From IMG/VR virus record IMGVR_UViG_3300035034_000989, positions 1-64,000 of that record: a DNA stretch of 64,000 bases. One strand, 5' to 3'. Shown here piece after piece: positions 39,537-49,580 of the stretch (positions are counted from its first letter, which is position 1; each line of letters starts with the position of its first letter). Made by a program: the position numbers and the translations under genes. The DNA comes from a virus. The notes under the pieces were generated by a model. It was not told where the DNA came from. It saw only the letters and a list, made by a program, of their open reading frames with translations, and did no database searches.

Positions 39537-39872
39537 ATGCAAAACACACAAGATGAAAACGAAAATGAAACTCGTTTTACACAAGATCTCATAGACGAAA
39601 TTGAAATACTTCAACCTGTACATCTAATCGGTGACCCGGCATTCACCGATGCGGATGGCAACTTGAAAGTCATGGACAGGAGAGTTGTAACTCCGGCTGG
39701 CTATACTCCTGAAAGCACAGACCCAGATGTGCTTGATCTAGAAGTAGCGGAAATTGTCAAATACGAATTAAAAAATAATATCATACATGATGTTGTATAC
39801 TTGATGAAATACCGTTATACTCTAAACGAACACACACGAGAACTGAAAGTTATAGTTCACGGCATTTACTAA
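39537..39872 (+). CDS. Hypothetical protein
   Basis: SD GAGG. Confidence 0.5.
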   Translation: MQNTQDENENETRFTQDLIDEIEILQPVHLIGDPAFTDADGNLKVMDRRVVTPAGYTPESTDPDVLDLEVAEIVKYELKNNIIHDVVYLMKYRYTLNEHTRELKVIVHGIY

Positions 39873-39893
39873 AACACACTACAAGGATGTATC

Positions 39894-40826
39894 ATGAAGG
39901 AACTCTGGACGGAAAAATATCGGCCCCCTACAATGGAAGGCTATGTCTTCCGTGATCAAGCACAGAAAGAACAAGTGCAAGCATGGGTTGATAGTGGTGC
40001 AATTCCGCATTTACTTTTCTCTGGTGTACAGGGAGCCGGCAAAACAACTCTTGCCAAGTTGTTGCTCAACGAACTAAAGGCACACGCATACGATGTTAAG
40101 ATGATTAACGCATCTTCTAACAACGGTGTTGACTACATACGCGATACAGTCGAAGCATTTGCTACTGTGATGGGGTTTGGCGATTTCAAATATATTATAC
40201 TGGATGAGGCTGATTACTTGTCTCCGAACGCACAAGCGGCATTGCGTGGTGTAATGGAAAAGTACTCCAACTCGTTGCGCTTTATACTTACATGCAATTA
40301 TCCTAACAAAGTGATTCCTGCTATCCATTCACGCTGTCAGGGTTTCCACATTGCAAATCTTGACAAAACAGAATACACAGCACGCATGGCAGAAATACTT
40401 ATCACCGAAGGTGTTGAGTTCGATTTAGAGACATTGGATACGTTTGTGAAGACAACTTACCCAGACATGCGTAAGTGTATTAACTTGTGTCAGCAAAATG
40501 TTAAGAACGGTAGCTTACAAGCACCAAACGCAGACGACGGCGCTGGTGAAAGCGATTACCAACTGATGATGGTTGCATTGTTCAAAGAAAAGCGTTACAA
40601 AGAAGCACGCGACTTGGTGTGCAAGCAAGTCGCGCCGGAAGAATACGAAGACTTGTTCCGCTTCATGTATCAGAACTTAGAGTTCTGGGCAGACGGCGAT
40701 GAAAACAAAGAAGATCAGTGCATACTGGTTATTCGTAACGGACTTGTAAAACATGTTTCCTGCGCCGATTCAGAGATAAACGTGTCGGCAACCATGATCG
40801 AACTAGAACAAGTAGCAAGGAGCTAA
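39894..40826 (+). CDS. Clamp loader subunit (RFC small/gp44-like)
   Basis: WTEKYRP, G.QGAGKTT, INAS, LDEAD, SRC. Confidence 0.95.
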   Translation: MKELWTEKYRPPTMEGYVFRDQAQKEQVQAWVDSGAIPHLLFSGVQGAGKTTLAKLLLNELKAHAYDVKMINASSNNGVDYIRDTVEAFATVMGFGDFKYIILDEADYLSPNAQAALRGVMEKYSNSLRFILTCNYPNKVIPAIHSRCQGFHIANLDKTEYTARMAEILITEGVEFDLETLDTFVKTTYPDMRKCINLCQQNVKNGSLQAPNADDGAGESDYQLMMVALFKEKRYKEARDLVCKQVAPEEYEDLFRFMYQNLEFWADGDENKEDQCILVIRNGLVKHVSCADSEINVSATMIELEQVARS

Positions 40827-40827
40827 T

Positions 40828-41127
40828 ATGGGAAAGCGAGTAAGAGACACCTTTGTGGTATTGACACACAGTTTTATACCATCGAGAAAAGACAGAAGTA
40901 AGTGGGAAGTTCACGAAGTGTGTAACCTAGTAGATAAAGTCAAAGACAGCTTGACAATCAGCGCAACCTGTATTATAAATATAACACAGAAGACAGTTGT
41001 TAAGAATCGTGCAGGCGGCAAAGGCGATACAGAATATCATGACTTGGTTGACTACCTAGTTAAAACTTACCCGGATCAATTCAAGGCAATAGGATATGGC
41101 GACGAGACTGGAGATTCACAACAGTAA
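40828..41127 (+). CDS. Hypothetical protein
   Basis: SD AAGGAG. Confidence 0.55.
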   Translation: MGKRVRDTFVVLTHSFIPSRKDRSKWEVHEVCNLVDKVKDSLTISATCIINITQKTVVKNRAGGKGDTEYHDLVDYLVKTYPDQFKAIGYGDETGDSQQ

Positions 41128-41581
41128 AGAATACAAGATCATAGCTGACTTTTATGGACATGGTCGTGCTGAACGATCGCAGATTCCACTGCTACATCAC
41201 ATAGATGAAGGACTCGAATTCTTAGCAGAACAGCAAGCAAGCAAAAATACCATGCTTGCGTTTTGCTTACACCCGATTGTACAAAACAATGAACTTATTG
41301 ATGTGTTCTGGAGCGATGGCAATTTGCTAGCTTTAGAATACAGTCAGCGTGCTAACTCTTATTTGTGCAAGCCCGAAACTGATTATGTAAGAACACTGGA
41401 CGACATACAAGAACTGGTCGGACCAATGACACACGATTGCTTGCTCATGCTATTAGCAGACAAACGCCAAAATCAAAAAGACTTTATTGAGTATCACAGA
41501 GGAACACACGATCGTTCCCAAGAGCTAGATAGATATTTTAATTTATGGCTTGCTTACATACACCTGGAGTTAACAAAATGA
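41096..41581 (+). CDS. Degenerate HD-domain (SpoT/Mesh1-like) protein
   Basis: RS.IP...H, A..LHP.VQ and LLADK.QN parallel the HD-hydrolase motifs, with HD changed to HP. Confidence 0.4.
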   Translation: MATRLEIHNSKEYKIIADFYGHGRAERSQIPLLHHIDEGLEFLAEQQASKNTMLAFCLHPIVQNNELIDVFWSDGNLLALEYSQRANSYLCKPETDYVRTLDDIQELVGPMTHDCLLMLLADKRQNQKDFIEYHRGTHDRSQELDRYFNLWLAYIHLELTK

Positions 41582-42180
41582 AAGAAAAACTTATACTCAC
41601 CGATTGCGATGGTGTCTTGCTCAACTGGAGACAAGGCTTCCTTGATTGGCTGCCCGACCACATTTCTAGTACAGCTTGTCCTATCAAACTCAAGCAGTAC
41701 GACTTCAGCGATGCGTTTGACTTAGATGCAGATGCCCTGCAACAGCTTGCACACGATTTTAATGCGTCACTTGACATAGTGCGTTTAAGCCCTTGGGTCG
41801 ATGCCATAAAGTATGTCAGGCTGTTAGGTGAGCAAGGTTTTAGATTTCGTGTGTTCTCTGCAATGGGCGACAAGCCTATCAGTCAAGTGCTAAGACGTCA
41901 GAACTTGCAAATACTGTTTGGTGACTTGTTTGATGAAGTAACATGCATACCTGTAGGAGCAAGCAAGTACAGCTTGTTGAGCAAGTACGAAGGCACTGGC
42001 TTATTTTGGCTGGAAGATCATGTTAGCCATGCAGGTGATGGGCACGACTTGGGCTTGCAATCCATACTGGTGTCGGACATTACCAATTTGCACTACACAG
42101 ATATTCCGTTTAAAAGAGTGTCAGTGAATAGCCCTTGGAAAGAAATATACCAGATTGTCATGCAGGATTATAACAGCTAG
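41578..42180 (+). CDS. HAD-family 5'(3')-deoxyribonucleotidase-like (T4 gp30.2-like)
   Basis: LTDCDGVL, K, WLED motifs. Confidence 0.85.
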   Translation: MKEKLILTDCDGVLLNWRQGFLDWLPDHISSTACPIKLKQYDFSDAFDLDADALQQLAHDFNASLDIVRLSPWVDAIKYVRLLGEQGFRFRVFSAMGDKPISQVLRRQNLQILFGDLFDEVTCIPVGASKYSLLSKYEGTGLFWLEDHVSHAGDGHDLGLQSILVSDITNLHYTDIPFKRVSVNSPWKEIYQIVMQDYNS

Positions 42181-42193
42181 AAACTACACCCAC

Positions 42194-42222
42194 AAAAAAG
42201 CACGCCTCGGCGTGCTTTTTTT
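42194..42222. terminator. Bidirectional intrinsic terminator between convergent genes
   Basis: A6-GCACGC-CTCG-GCGTGC-T7. Confidence 0.9.
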
Positions 42223-42233
42223 ATGACTAGCGT

Positions 42234-42989
42234 TTACTCGGCGCCTTCGCCGTATATTTCAAGTACAGCTTGTACAATAGGATCACGTTCGATGTCGCCA
42301 CGTGCAAACATGGTAACGCCCATGCCATGCGCACCACCTTGTGCTTCTAACCGTTCGACAAAATCTTTTAATCCGTTTTCTTCAAAACCTCTATCATGTT
42401 GATTCAAATCACCAGTAACAGAACAATATGAACCGTTGCCCATTCTAGTTAACAACATCTTAACTTGGTTCGGGGTAGCATTCTGTATTTCATCTGCAAT
42501 GATGTAACAATCTTTAAACGTCCTTCCCCTCATGTAGGCAAGTGGAGATATTTCAATTATTCGGTCTTCAAGCATGGCCTTGATATCGTCAGGGCTAAAA
42601 TATTCTTCAAAGACATCCATGATAGGTCTGACCCATGGTTCCATTTTTTGATTCAAATCACCTGGTAGAAAACCGTGTTGCTCATCAACCGATACTGCCG
42701 GGCGTGTAATAACTATTCTTGATATTTCTTGATCTTTCAGAAGTCTAATCGCATTCATTACTGCAAGTAAAGTTTTACCAGTACCAGCAGGTCCGAGCGC
42801 AAATGTAATACGAGTGCTAAAGTCTTGCAAATCGCATACATAATTTTCTTGAGCCAAGTTACGTGGTATCATTTCAACTTTGCGAAGTCTAACCTTAAAT
42901 GGGGTTTTCTTCGAATCGTCAAAATCGTAAACTTGACTTTGGGCACCAACTGTTCTTTGTGCTTGACTAGTCTGCTTTTTCTTTCTCAA
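42234..42989 (-). CDS. phoH: PhoH-family ATPase
   Basis: GPAGTGKT, TRP, GFLPG, YMRGRT, DEIQN, GD..Q.D; TTG start with SD GGAGA. Confidence 0.95.
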   Translation of the reverse strand: MRKKKQTSQAQRTVGAQSQVYDFDDSKKTPFKVRLRKVEMIPRNLAQENYVCDLQDFSTRITFALGPAGTGKTLLAVMNAIRLLKDQEISRIVITRPAVSVDEQHGFLPGDLNQKMEPWVRPIMDVFEEYFSPDDIKAMLEDRIIEISPLAYMRGRTFKDCYIIADEIQNATPNQVKMLLTRMGNGSYCSVTGDLNQHDRGFEENGLKDFVERLEAQGGAHGMGVTMFARGDIERDPIVQAVLEIYGEGAE

Positions 42990-43106
42990 TTTGTATCTCC
43001 TAGGGGTTTATTAATCAGAATACGAGGCGATGGGTTGTTACCCGTATTAAGAGCATGGAAGTAAAAGATGAAGTGAAGTGTTGTTTTTATGTTTATCATC
43101 TACATA

Positions 43107-43114
43107 TACTTATC
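43107..43114 (-). promoter_or_regulatory. Variant late-like promoter for phoH
   Basis: GATAAGTA on the - strand in the divergent AT-rich gap. Confidence 0.4.
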
Positions 43115-43181
43115 TTCTGAAGATTAATTTTGTCTAGTAAAAGAAGGTTTTTCTTAATATTTTAGCTGTGCATTAGTTATT

Positions 43182-43189
43182 GATAAATA
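43182..43189 (+). promoter_or_regulatory. T4-late-like promoter
   Basis: GATAAATA upstream of 43216. Confidence 0.65.
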
Positions 43190-43215
43190 CATAAAAATAA
43201 CGTTTAGGAAGGTTC

Positions 43216-43770
43216 ATGGTTTACGGATTAGAAGACGTAAGAAACACTTTAGCAAGTATTACACAGCAAGACTACCTCATAGACATGCTCTATGAGTATG
43301 AACGTACTCTTGATGAGGTAGGAATCAAAGCATATCGAAACTGGTATGCCGGCGAATTACTCGATGGTCCGAGGCTAACAAAATACTGGATGACATGTAA
43401 ATTTATGTATCCGGAAAAATTGATGCCTGATCCAGATGGTGCATTGAGACTTACCAAAATAGGTTGCGAAGTCAATTTTACAAAAGACATATTAAAGAAG
43501 CCGGTCAAGATTACTTCACCGCGCGATTGGAAAAACAATAACACCAAAGAGGCCAAGATCGAAGAGAAGCCAGTTTGGGTGGTAACAATTGCAATGCCAA
43601 TCAAATACATCACTGATAACTTTGATCAAATCAACGCCTACCTAGAAAACGACGATGATCTCATGGACAATGAGCAGATCGCAGATGGGTACAGCGAAGA
43701 TGAAGAACCTGCAAATGCAATGAGTTCAGATGATGAAATCATGGACACTGATTTCGACGAGGAAATATAA
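43216..43770 (+). CDS. Conserved late hypothetical protein with acidic tail
   Basis: NW..GE..DGP, MPDP.G..RL motifs; late promoter. Confidence 0.65.
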   Translation: MVYGLEDVRNTLASITQQDYLIDMLYEYERTLDEVGIKAYRNWYAGELLDGPRLTKYWMTCKFMYPEKLMPDPDGALRLTKIGCEVNFTKDILKKPVKITSPRDWKNNNTKEAKIEEKPVWVVTIAMPIKYITDNFDQINAYLENDDDLMDNEQIADGYSEDEEPANAMSSDDEIMDTDFDEEI

Positions 43771-43771
43771 C

Positions 43772-44464
43772 ATGAGAAATAGTCTTAAGGGCACCATCCT
43801 ACCAAAGATTTCAATAGACGAGTTTACTCCTAAGTCGGGAGTAACAGAAGAAGTGGCAGTTGTTGCACTTTATGCAATTGACGACGCCCCAGCACAAGAC
43901 CTTAACAGCTATGTGCAACGTGGTTATGTCGATGTCATAGACGCAGAGGTTAGTCCTAATCCAGATGAAGAGGGTAATTACCTTATCTTTATTGAGATTG
44001 CACGTGACAAGAACTTTCTTGATGTACTGCTTATGCTCATAAAGGATATCGAGAACGTGACCGGACCGATGGATTGGAATGTTGCACCGTTCAGCGCAGA
44101 GCATTCGTATGCAATAGACGATCCGGGACTTGTTCAGCATCTCACGTTCGGTAGTGTTACAGAAAGCATCAAGCGTTTTCTTAAACCAAGTGATTTGCCT
44201 AATGTGATATTCGAGAATGATATTATTAACTTTGGTTCTGTACAAGGCAAACTAAGAGACTTTGGCCAAGTTGATCGCATACTCAAGAACTACACTCTTA
44301 ACGAGTCGCTGATTGACTTGGACTCATATGAAGCTTCGTCACTAGAAAGCATGCTAGGGTCAGAATATCAAGTTGCCAAATATGGTAGTAATGTGTTCAT
44401 TGGTCATGTCACAAACGAAAATGCCGTTGTACTGAGCAATTTAATTTTTACTCACTCTCGCTAA
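43772..44464 (+). CDS. Conserved late hypothetical protein
   Basis: ISIDEF.PK.G, A.DL, D.EVSP; SD GAGG. Confidence 0.6.
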   Translation: MRNSLKGTILPKISIDEFTPKSGVTEEVAVVALYAIDDAPAQDLNSYVQRGYVDVIDAEVSPNPDEEGNYLIFIEIARDKNFLDVLLMLIKDIENVTGPMDWNVAPFSAEHSYAIDDPGLVQHLTFGSVTESIKRFLKPSDLPNVIFENDIINFGSVQGKLRDFGQVDRILKNYTLNESLIDLDSYEASSLESMLGSEYQVAKYGSNVFIGHVTNENAVVLSNLIFTHSR

Positions 44465-44521
44465 ATGAAACAAAGTATGCAATAATAGAGTTATACAACC
44501 ATTGCGGCTCTATTATTGCTT

Positions 44522-45280
44522 ATGACACACTACAAAACACTTGACGTCGAACAAGACGCAGACATAAAGACCATCAAGCAAGCATACAAGCGCAAAGCGT
44601 TTAAATTGCACCCCGATAGAAATCCTAGCGATACCGCAAAGAAAGAATACACCGCAGTTCAGGACGCATACGATACGCTGTCTAACAAACAGTCTCGAGC
44701 ACGTTACGACCTAAGTCTGCGTGGTGGGTCAAGTCACAGCACTTACTCGGATGAAGCATACAGCAATTATCACGACATAGACGAACTGTTACGCAGAGCA
44801 AAGTATAACGCATGGAAGCCACATGAGTCAACAGTGTTAACAGCCAAGATAACACTCGAAGAAGCATTCAGCGGTTGTAAACGAGACCACAATGGTCAGG
44901 TCATTAACATACCTGCAGGTGTCATAGATGGCACACGTCTAAAAGTGTCCGATTTAACAATCATGATTACCATACTACCGCACAAAACATATCGTGTTGA
45001 CAAGGTAGACTTGCATGCGAACGTTTACATAGATGCAATACAAGCAATGGTGGGCATAGACTTAATTGTTAACCACCCTAACGGCACCAAGCTTAAAACT
45101 AAAATGATTCCACCTATCCAAGAAGGTCAGCGACTAAGGCTCACTGGCAAAGGTTTAGACAGCGCCACAAGCGGCCTAGGAGACCTGTTTATCTTTTGTC
45201 ACATTGTTGTTCCTGAGTTGACAAGCACTGAAAGAGCTAGTATAGTCAGCTTACTTAATAGCACGTCAACAGAAATTTAA
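44522..45280 (+). CDS. DnaJ/CbpA-like co-chaperone
   Basis: J-domain with HPD, C-terminal DnaJ_C (IPAGV.DG, G.G..GDL); no zinc finger. Confidence 0.92.
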   Translation: MTHYKTLDVEQDADIKTIKQAYKRKAFKLHPDRNPSDTAKKEYTAVQDAYDTLSNKQSRARYDLSLRGGSSHSTYSDEAYSNYHDIDELLRRAKYNAWKPHESTVLTAKITLEEAFSGCKRDHNGQVINIPAGVIDGTRLKVSDLTIMITILPHKTYRVDKVDLHANVYIDAIQAMVGIDLIVNHPNGTKLKTKMIPPIQEGQRLRLTGKGLDSATSGLGDLFIFCHIVVPELTSTERASIVSLLNSTSTEI

Positions 45281-45296
45281 CACACCGGGAAAACAC

Positions 45297-45326
45297 ATGG
45301 CAACTAAACAAATGGCAACTAAACAA
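45297..45326 (+). repeat. 15-nt tandem duplication
   Basis: ATGGCAACTAAACAA x2. Confidence 0.85.
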
Positions 45327-45674
45327 ATAGCATGCTTTTCTGATGTCTTTGCATTTGCAGAAACGGCGCATGGCATCGATTGGAACACAGCAAATGATGT
45401 TTTCTTTAATAACGCATTTGAATACCAGCAAATGAGCGAAGCAGTATTAGGCTTACATGCACTTAGCTATATATCAGATGCCGATATCAAGAGAGCCGGT
45501 GTTCAAGACTATGAGGCGCGGTTACTTGTTGCAGAACAAGCCGGTAAAATCACAGGGCTGTTTACCAAGGAAGAAGTAGCGAACATGACCTCCGCTGCCA
45601 AGTCATACATCATTACCGCTGAGTACCTCGAAAGCATCAACGCAACCGGTTCGGTGCTAGTTGAGTCGTATTAA
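45297..45674 (+). CDS. Hypothetical protein
   Basis: ORF starting with a duplicated MATKQ. Confidence 0.55.
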   Translation: MATKQMATKQIACFSDVFAFAETAHGIDWNTANDVFFNNAFEYQQMSEAVLGLHALSYISDADIKRAGVQDYEARLLVAEQAGKITGLFTKEEVANMTSAAKSYIITAEYLESINATGSVLVESY

Positions 45675-45697
45675 AAGAAAAAACTATCAAACTAGTG

Positions 45698-45726
45698 TTG
45701 ACAGAAACAAAAATAGATAGTATTAT
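45698..45726 (+). promoter_or_regulatory. Sigma70-type promoter for clpA
   Basis: TTGACA-N17-TATTAT. Confidence 0.75.
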
Positions 45727-45760
45727 ATAGTTCATCAGTACAATAAAAAGGGTTAATATT

Positions 45761-48013
45761 ATGTCATCAAGTTCACCACAAGAGTTGTTCCAACGCATAC
45801 TGTCTAATAGCATGGACATACAAAGCAAGAAACAAGTTATTTACTTGTCTCCGGAAGTGTTTACACATGCATTAATGCGTGAGAAAACAGTTGCAGACAT
45901 GATTGCAGAATTAGGTGGCGATCCTAAAATGGCAAAAGAAGAGTTAGAGAAAGCAATTGAAGCACAGCCTAAAGCAGGCTTTGGCGGCAACAGTGGCAAA
46001 ATGTCTACTACCATAGACAACATTATTAAAAAGCAGACAGCAATGCTTGCAACTGCCGATGCTTCGGACGTCACTGAAAAAGACGTATTGTTTGCACTGA
46101 TACTTGATATCATTGATGCAGACCTTACAGATAATCCAGCCAAAGATATCTTAGCAAAGCATGGCGCAACACGCGATGCAGTCGACGACTACCGCATGCA
46201 AAACGGCGATGAAGCAGAGTCTATTCTAGACAAGTACTGTGTCAACCTTAACACAGAATCAGCTAACGGTCAAATCGATCCAGTTATTGGTCGCGAGCAA
46301 GAAGTTGCTGATACAATCGAAATACTAGCACGCCGCAAAAAGAACAACGTTGTTTATGTAGGCGAGCCAGGTGTAGGTAAAACTGCAATTGCAGAAGGAC
46401 TTGCACGTCAAATTGAAAAAGGCGATGTGCCAGAAGCAATAGCTGGCATGGTAGTTTACTCGCTAGACGTTGGCACACTTGTTGCAGGCACCAAGTTCCG
46501 CGGAGAACTTGAAGAACGCTTTAAGAAGATACTTAAAGAAGTCGAAGCCAAAGGCAACGTAATAATGTTTATCGATGAGATGCACATGATCATGGGCGCA
46601 GGCGCTACAAGCGGTGGCACCATGGACGTTAGTAACATGCTTAAACCTAGCTTGGCAAACGGCAAGATCAAACTTGTTGGTGCCACAACAGAAGATGAGT
46701 TCGTAGAGCATCTTGAGAAAGATCGTGCATTGATGCGTCGGGTGCAGAAGATTACAATTAACGAACCTAACGTGCCAGACACCAAGCGCATAGTCCACGG
46801 CATTGTCAAGTACTACACTGAATTCCACGGTGTTGAATATGACGAAGGCGTAGTTGAAACAGCCGTTGATTTAGCAGATCGTTACATCACACAGCGATTC
46901 TTTCCAGACAAAGCAATTGACATCATAGATGCAACTGGTGCCACTGCTAAACTTGCAGGAATAAAGTCAGTAGACATTGCGCGGGTTATTAGCGCAGTGA
47001 GCAAGATGTCTAAAATTCCAGTTGAGATGATTGACGTTAAAGAAAACGATTTGATCAAAAGCATGCCAGCAAAAATGCGCAATGAAGTGTTCGGGCAAGA
47101 CCACGCAATTAAGGTTCTTGAAGATGCTATTATCATTGCGCAGTCAGGATTGCGTGATAGCAACAAGCCGATTGGTAACTTCTTATTTGTTGGGCCAACT
47201 GGCACTGGTAAGACACACATTTGTAAACGACTAGCGGCCAACATGGGAACCAAGATGGTACGCTTTGATATGTCGGAATACCAAGAACGTCATACAGTAT
47301 CTAAGTTAATTGGTGCTCCTCCAGGTTATGTAGGACACGGTGACGGCAAGAACGGCGACGGTCAGTTAATTTACGAAGTATCTAACAATCCTAACTGTGT
47401 GCTACTGCTAGACGAGATTGAAAAAGCGGCTCCGGAAGTTGCACAGCTATTGCTACAGGTAATGGACGATGGTCGTTTAACATCTGCAAGCGGTAAAACA
47501 GTTGACTTCAGTAACGTTATACTGATAATGACTTCTAACTTAGGAGCCGCAGATGCCGACAAGCAAGGTATTGGCTTTGGTGCAACCGACTTCAATGCAA
47601 GCGCAATAAACGAAGCAGTTAAGAAGTACTTTCCACCAGAGTTCCGAAATCGTGTAGATCACATCATACAGTTCAACAAGCTTGAGCAAGAGCAAGTTGA
47701 GACACTGGTTGATGTTGAAATGCAAAAAATGAATGCCGTGCTTATTAAGCAAGGCGTACAGGCTACCATGTCTTTAGAAGCTCGGGCATGGTTGGCTAAA
47801 GAAGGCTACCAGCCAGCACTAGGTGCGCGACCTTTGAGTCGTGTGTTTGAGAGCAATGTTAAGTTACCCGTATCTAGAGAGATACTGTTTGGTAAACTAG
47901 CAGGCGGTGGCATTGTGCATATTGACTTTGATAACACCAAGCAGGTAATACTGATTGATGTTACAAACGAAGGTGCGATAGTTGAGCTACAAGCTGATGA
48001 ACTAACTGCTTAA
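45761..48013 (+). CDS. clpA: Clp protease ATPase subunit ClpA
   Basis: Two AAA+ modules (GEPGVGKT, GPTGTGKT), GAPPGYVG, IGF loop, no M-domain. Confidence 0.92.
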   Translation: MSSSSPQELFQRILSNSMDIQSKKQVIYLSPEVFTHALMREKTVADMIAELGGDPKMAKEELEKAIEAQPKAGFGGNSGKMSTTIDNIIKKQTAMLATADASDVTEKDVLFALILDIIDADLTDNPAKDILAKHGATRDAVDDYRMQNGDEAESILDKYCVNLNTESANGQIDPVIGREQEVADTIEILARRKKNNVVYVGEPGVGKTAIAEGLARQIEKGDVPEAIAGMVVYSLDVGTLVAGTKFRGELEERFKKILKEVEAKGNVIMFIDEMHMIMGAGATSGGTMDVSNMLKPSLANGKIKLVGATTEDEFVEHLEKDRALMRRVQKITINEPNVPDTKRIVHGIVKYYTEFHGVEYDEGVVETAVDLADRYITQRFFPDKAIDIIDATGATAKLAGIKSVDIARVISAVSKMSKIPVEMIDVKENDLIKSMPAKMRNEVFGQDHAIKVLEDAIIIAQSGLRDSNKPIGNFLFVGPTGTGKTHICKRLAANMGTKMVRFDMSEYQERHTVSKLIGAPPGYVGHGDGKNGDGQLIYEVSNNPNCVLLLDEIEKAAPEVAQLLLQVMDDGRLTSASGKTVDFSNVILIMTSNLGAADADKQGIGFGATDFNASAINEAVKKYFPPEFRNRVDHIIQFNKLEQEQVETLVDVEMQKMNAVLIKQGVQATMSLEARAWLAKEGYQPALGARPLSRVFESNVKLPVSREILFGKLAGGGIVHIDFDNTKQVILIDVTNEGAIVELQADELTA

Positions 48014-48032
48014 TCCCTTTTGCAGTTGTTGG

Positions 48033-48067
48033 AACGGTGTGTCATTAAAGTGGCCCACCGTTTTTTT
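48033..48067 (+). terminator. Intrinsic terminator after clpA
   Basis: AACGGTG...CACCG followed by T7. Confidence 0.75.
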
Positions 48068-48069
48068 CT

Positions 48070-48077
48070 GATAAATA
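48070..48077 (+). promoter_or_regulatory. T4-late-like promoter
   Basis: GATAAATA upstream of 48104. Confidence 0.65.
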
Positions 48078-48103
48078 CATTAAAATTTACGAGGTAATAA
48101 TTA

Positions 48104-48565
48104 ATGAGCGGATCACGCAAATCAGTCATCATACTAACAAGCACTCAGAAAGAATTAGAAGTAACTGGGCAGGCTGTTAAGGGTGACAGCTACTATGGAT
48201 ACACAGATGGCATCCATACAATACAGATTACTTATTTCAACTTCACAGGCGGATTCGGAATGCAAGGTACACTTGCACTTGATCCACAGCCAGAGGATTG
48301 GTTCTGGATCAACCTAGACGGCATAGTAGACTTTGACGCAGTGCCTTACTTGATGTTTCCTAAAGACCCGTTGGCACCTACTGGCGCGGAGTCAATTGAA
48401 ACAAGTATACTTGGTGATACCGGAACAGAAGCATTCACGTTCAAAGGTAACTTTACCTTCTTGAGAGCAATGGTAACTCGCGAATACATTGACCCTGCAC
48501 CAGTACAGCCAACAGACGGTACATTCCACTTAGGATCAATTGACAAAGTTTTACTTTGCATATAG
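48104..48565 (+). CDS. Late beta-rich protein, possible virion protein
   Basis: GDSYYG..DG.HT, QGTL..P...DWF, F.GNF...RA. Confidence 0.55.
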   Translation: MSGSRKSVIILTSTQKELEVTGQAVKGDSYYGYTDGIHTIQITYFNFTGGFGMQGTLALDPQPEDWFWINLDGIVDFDAVPYLMFPKDPLAPTGAESIETSILGDTGTEAFTFKGNFTFLRAMVTREYIDPAPVQPTDGTFHLGSIDKVLLCI

Positions 48566-48571
48566 AAATGA

Positions 48572-49267
48572 ATGACAGACATTAACGGATATGCTATGCT
48601 ACAACAAATAAACGAGAGTATTAAAATTATGGATAAACCTAATACAGTTGTTTTTTGTTTTGGCCGCATGCAACCCGTAACAAAAGGCCACGAGAAGTTA
48701 ATCAATCGTGTTGTAGCTGAAACAAAGAAACACAAAGCAGATCACATGGTGTTTCTTTCACAGACTCACAGACTCCCTGATAACCCATTGAACTGGGATT
48801 ACAAGCGAAGCTTTGCTAGATTGTCTTTTCCAGGAATACACATTTCAGAAGATGTATCCATTAAGACACCTTACCAGGCATTAGAAAAACTTGCAGAAAC
48901 TTACAAGAAAATTATCTTTGTGTGTGGTAGCGATCGTGTCGAGCAATTCTCGTCAATGGCAGGCTATGCCAAGGAATGGGGCGTTACATCGTTTGTTGCA
49001 GAGTCAGCAGGCACACGTAACAGCAACATAAACACAGTGGAAGGTGTTAGCGGGTCTGTTGCACGCGAGGCCGTTAATAACAACGATTTTAGGTCGTTTT
49101 TTAACTGCATGCCTAGTCGTATAACTCAGAAGCAAGCTGTTGATTTGTTCCGCAAACTACAGACAGAATTAGGGTTAGAAGAAAGTCCTGAAGAACTAAA
49201 CAAGGAAGCCGAAGCATATCGCAAAGGCTCATTAGCAGGCATATTTCATTATACAGGAGCAGGCTAA
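48572..49267 (+). CDS. Cytidylyltransferase-like HIGH nucleotidyltransferase
   Basis: FGRMQP.T.GH, NPL, GSDR, SAG.R, S.S..R. Confidence 0.8.
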   Translation: MTDINGYAMLQQINESIKIMDKPNTVVFCFGRMQPVTKGHEKLINRVVAETKKHKADHMVFLSQTHRLPDNPLNWDYKRSFARLSFPGIHISEDVSIKTPYQALEKLAETYKKIIFVCGSDRVEQFSSMAGYAKEWGVTSFVAESAGTRNSNINTVEGVSGSVAREAVNNNDFRSFFNCMPSRITQKQAVDLFRKLQTELGLEESPEELNKEAEAYRKGSLAGIFHYTGAG

Positions 49268-49268
49268 C

Positions 49269-49580
49269 ATGAGACTTCAGGAAATTACAGAATCACTAAG
49301 ACAGAAACAAGTTGCCAATCTAAAGCATCTGTTCGACCAACCGATACCGCTTAACCAAGCAATACAAACACTAAGTCCTTACTTGGTCGATCAAGACTTG
49401 ACTGCAATCATCGACAACGAACTGCAACTCAAAGGAAACATTGACGCCAGAAATTTAATTACCGGATGGTTAAAGCAAAACATGCCAGACTTATACAAAC
49501 AGCCAGTTGAAATGTCACCTGGTTATATGTCTCCTATTTCTTCACACCCCGATATAAGGGGCGAAGGCGATTATCAATGA
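49269..49580 (+). CDS. Hypothetical late protein
   Basis: MRLQEITE N-terminus. Confidence 0.55.
   Translation: MRLQEITESLRQKQVANLKHLFDQPIPLNQAIQTLSPYLVDQDLTAIIDNELQLKGNIDARNLITGWLKQNMPDLYKQPVEMSPGYMSPISSHPDIRGEGDYQ

Noticed and set aside
45297-45326. MATKQ duplication as a functional repeat
   Set aside because: Only two copies; most simply a slippage duplication that gives two possible starts.
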